Shown one piece after another: positions 37,165 to 37,502 of a DNA stretch of 37,502 bases. The position numbers were made by a program, and so were the translations under genes. The DNA is from a bacterium. GTDB lineage: Bacteria > UBP15 > UBA6099 > JAJRTR01. Position 1 is the first letter of the stretch; each line of letters opens with the position of its first letter. The notes beneath the pieces were generated by a model. That model worked only from the letters and a program-made list of their open reading frames with translations. It was not told the origin of the DNA and did no database searches. Location: NCBI GenBank assembly GCA_024278215.1, contig JAJRTR010000112.1:1-37502 (forward strand), read 5' to 3'.

Positions 37165-37502
37165 ATGCTTGCAAAGCTCAAAGAAAAACTTCTGCGCACA
37201 AAAGATGCGTTCATGAACAAAGTCGAACATGTCGTGCGCCGCGCGGTGACGATAGACGAAGAGTTTTATGAGACACTCGAAGAAACTCTGCTGCTCGCGG
37301 ATGTCGGCATGAACACGGCGATGATGATCACGGAAAAGGTGCGGGAACGCTACAGGGCGGAGAAGCCGACCGAACCTGATATGCTGCTGGGCATGGTCAG
37401 AGAAATCATCGCTGACTTTCTCGTGCAGGGCGGCGCGCCTGACGAACAGATCATCAAGCCCGGACTGAATGTTATAATGATTACCGGCGTCAACGGCAGC
37501 GG
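37165..37502 (+). CDS. ftsY: SRP receptor FtsY (5' part, runs off the window)
   Basis: Manual translation MLAKLKEKLLRTK...LEETLLLADVG...VIMITGVNGS; follows smc. Confidence 0.92.
   Translation, partial: MLAKLKEKLLRTKDAFMNKVEHVVRRAVTIDEEFYETLEETLLLADVGMNTAMMITEKVRERYRAEKPTEPDMLLGMVREIIADFLVQGGAPDEQIIKPGLNVIMITGVNGS

Overview
Chromosomal window from a GC-rich diderm bacterium, probably anaerobic and flagellated, with Firmicute-like gene order. It encodes an LPS core/glycosyltransferase operon (- strand), tRNA-Arg(TCT), a lipid A acyltransferase, secreted ceramidase-like and carboxylesterase enzymes, xth, an etfB-etfA-membrane FeS oxidoreductase cluster, and the housekeeping run secD-secF-recJ-apt-rel-pfkA-rsmD-coaD-orf-rpmF-acpP-rnc-smc-ftsY. 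The most unusual signal is non-coding: at least 14 full or partial copies of two small MITE-like repeat families (A, ~177 bp; B, ~185-205 bp). Their termini are unrelated, yet both contain the same structured core (CAAGGCG...CAA[C/T]GCAG plus a similar apical hairpin) set in stems of different sequence. No transposase is present. Other points of note: a Rel protein with a degenerate hydrolase domain and a RelA-type EXDD motif, an ACP with a non-canonical GANSA motif, a divergent SMC hinge, a sigma-28 promoter before a YjfB-like gene, and a candidate Rex operator before etfBA. All calls come from reading the sequence by eye; no searches or folding programs were run.
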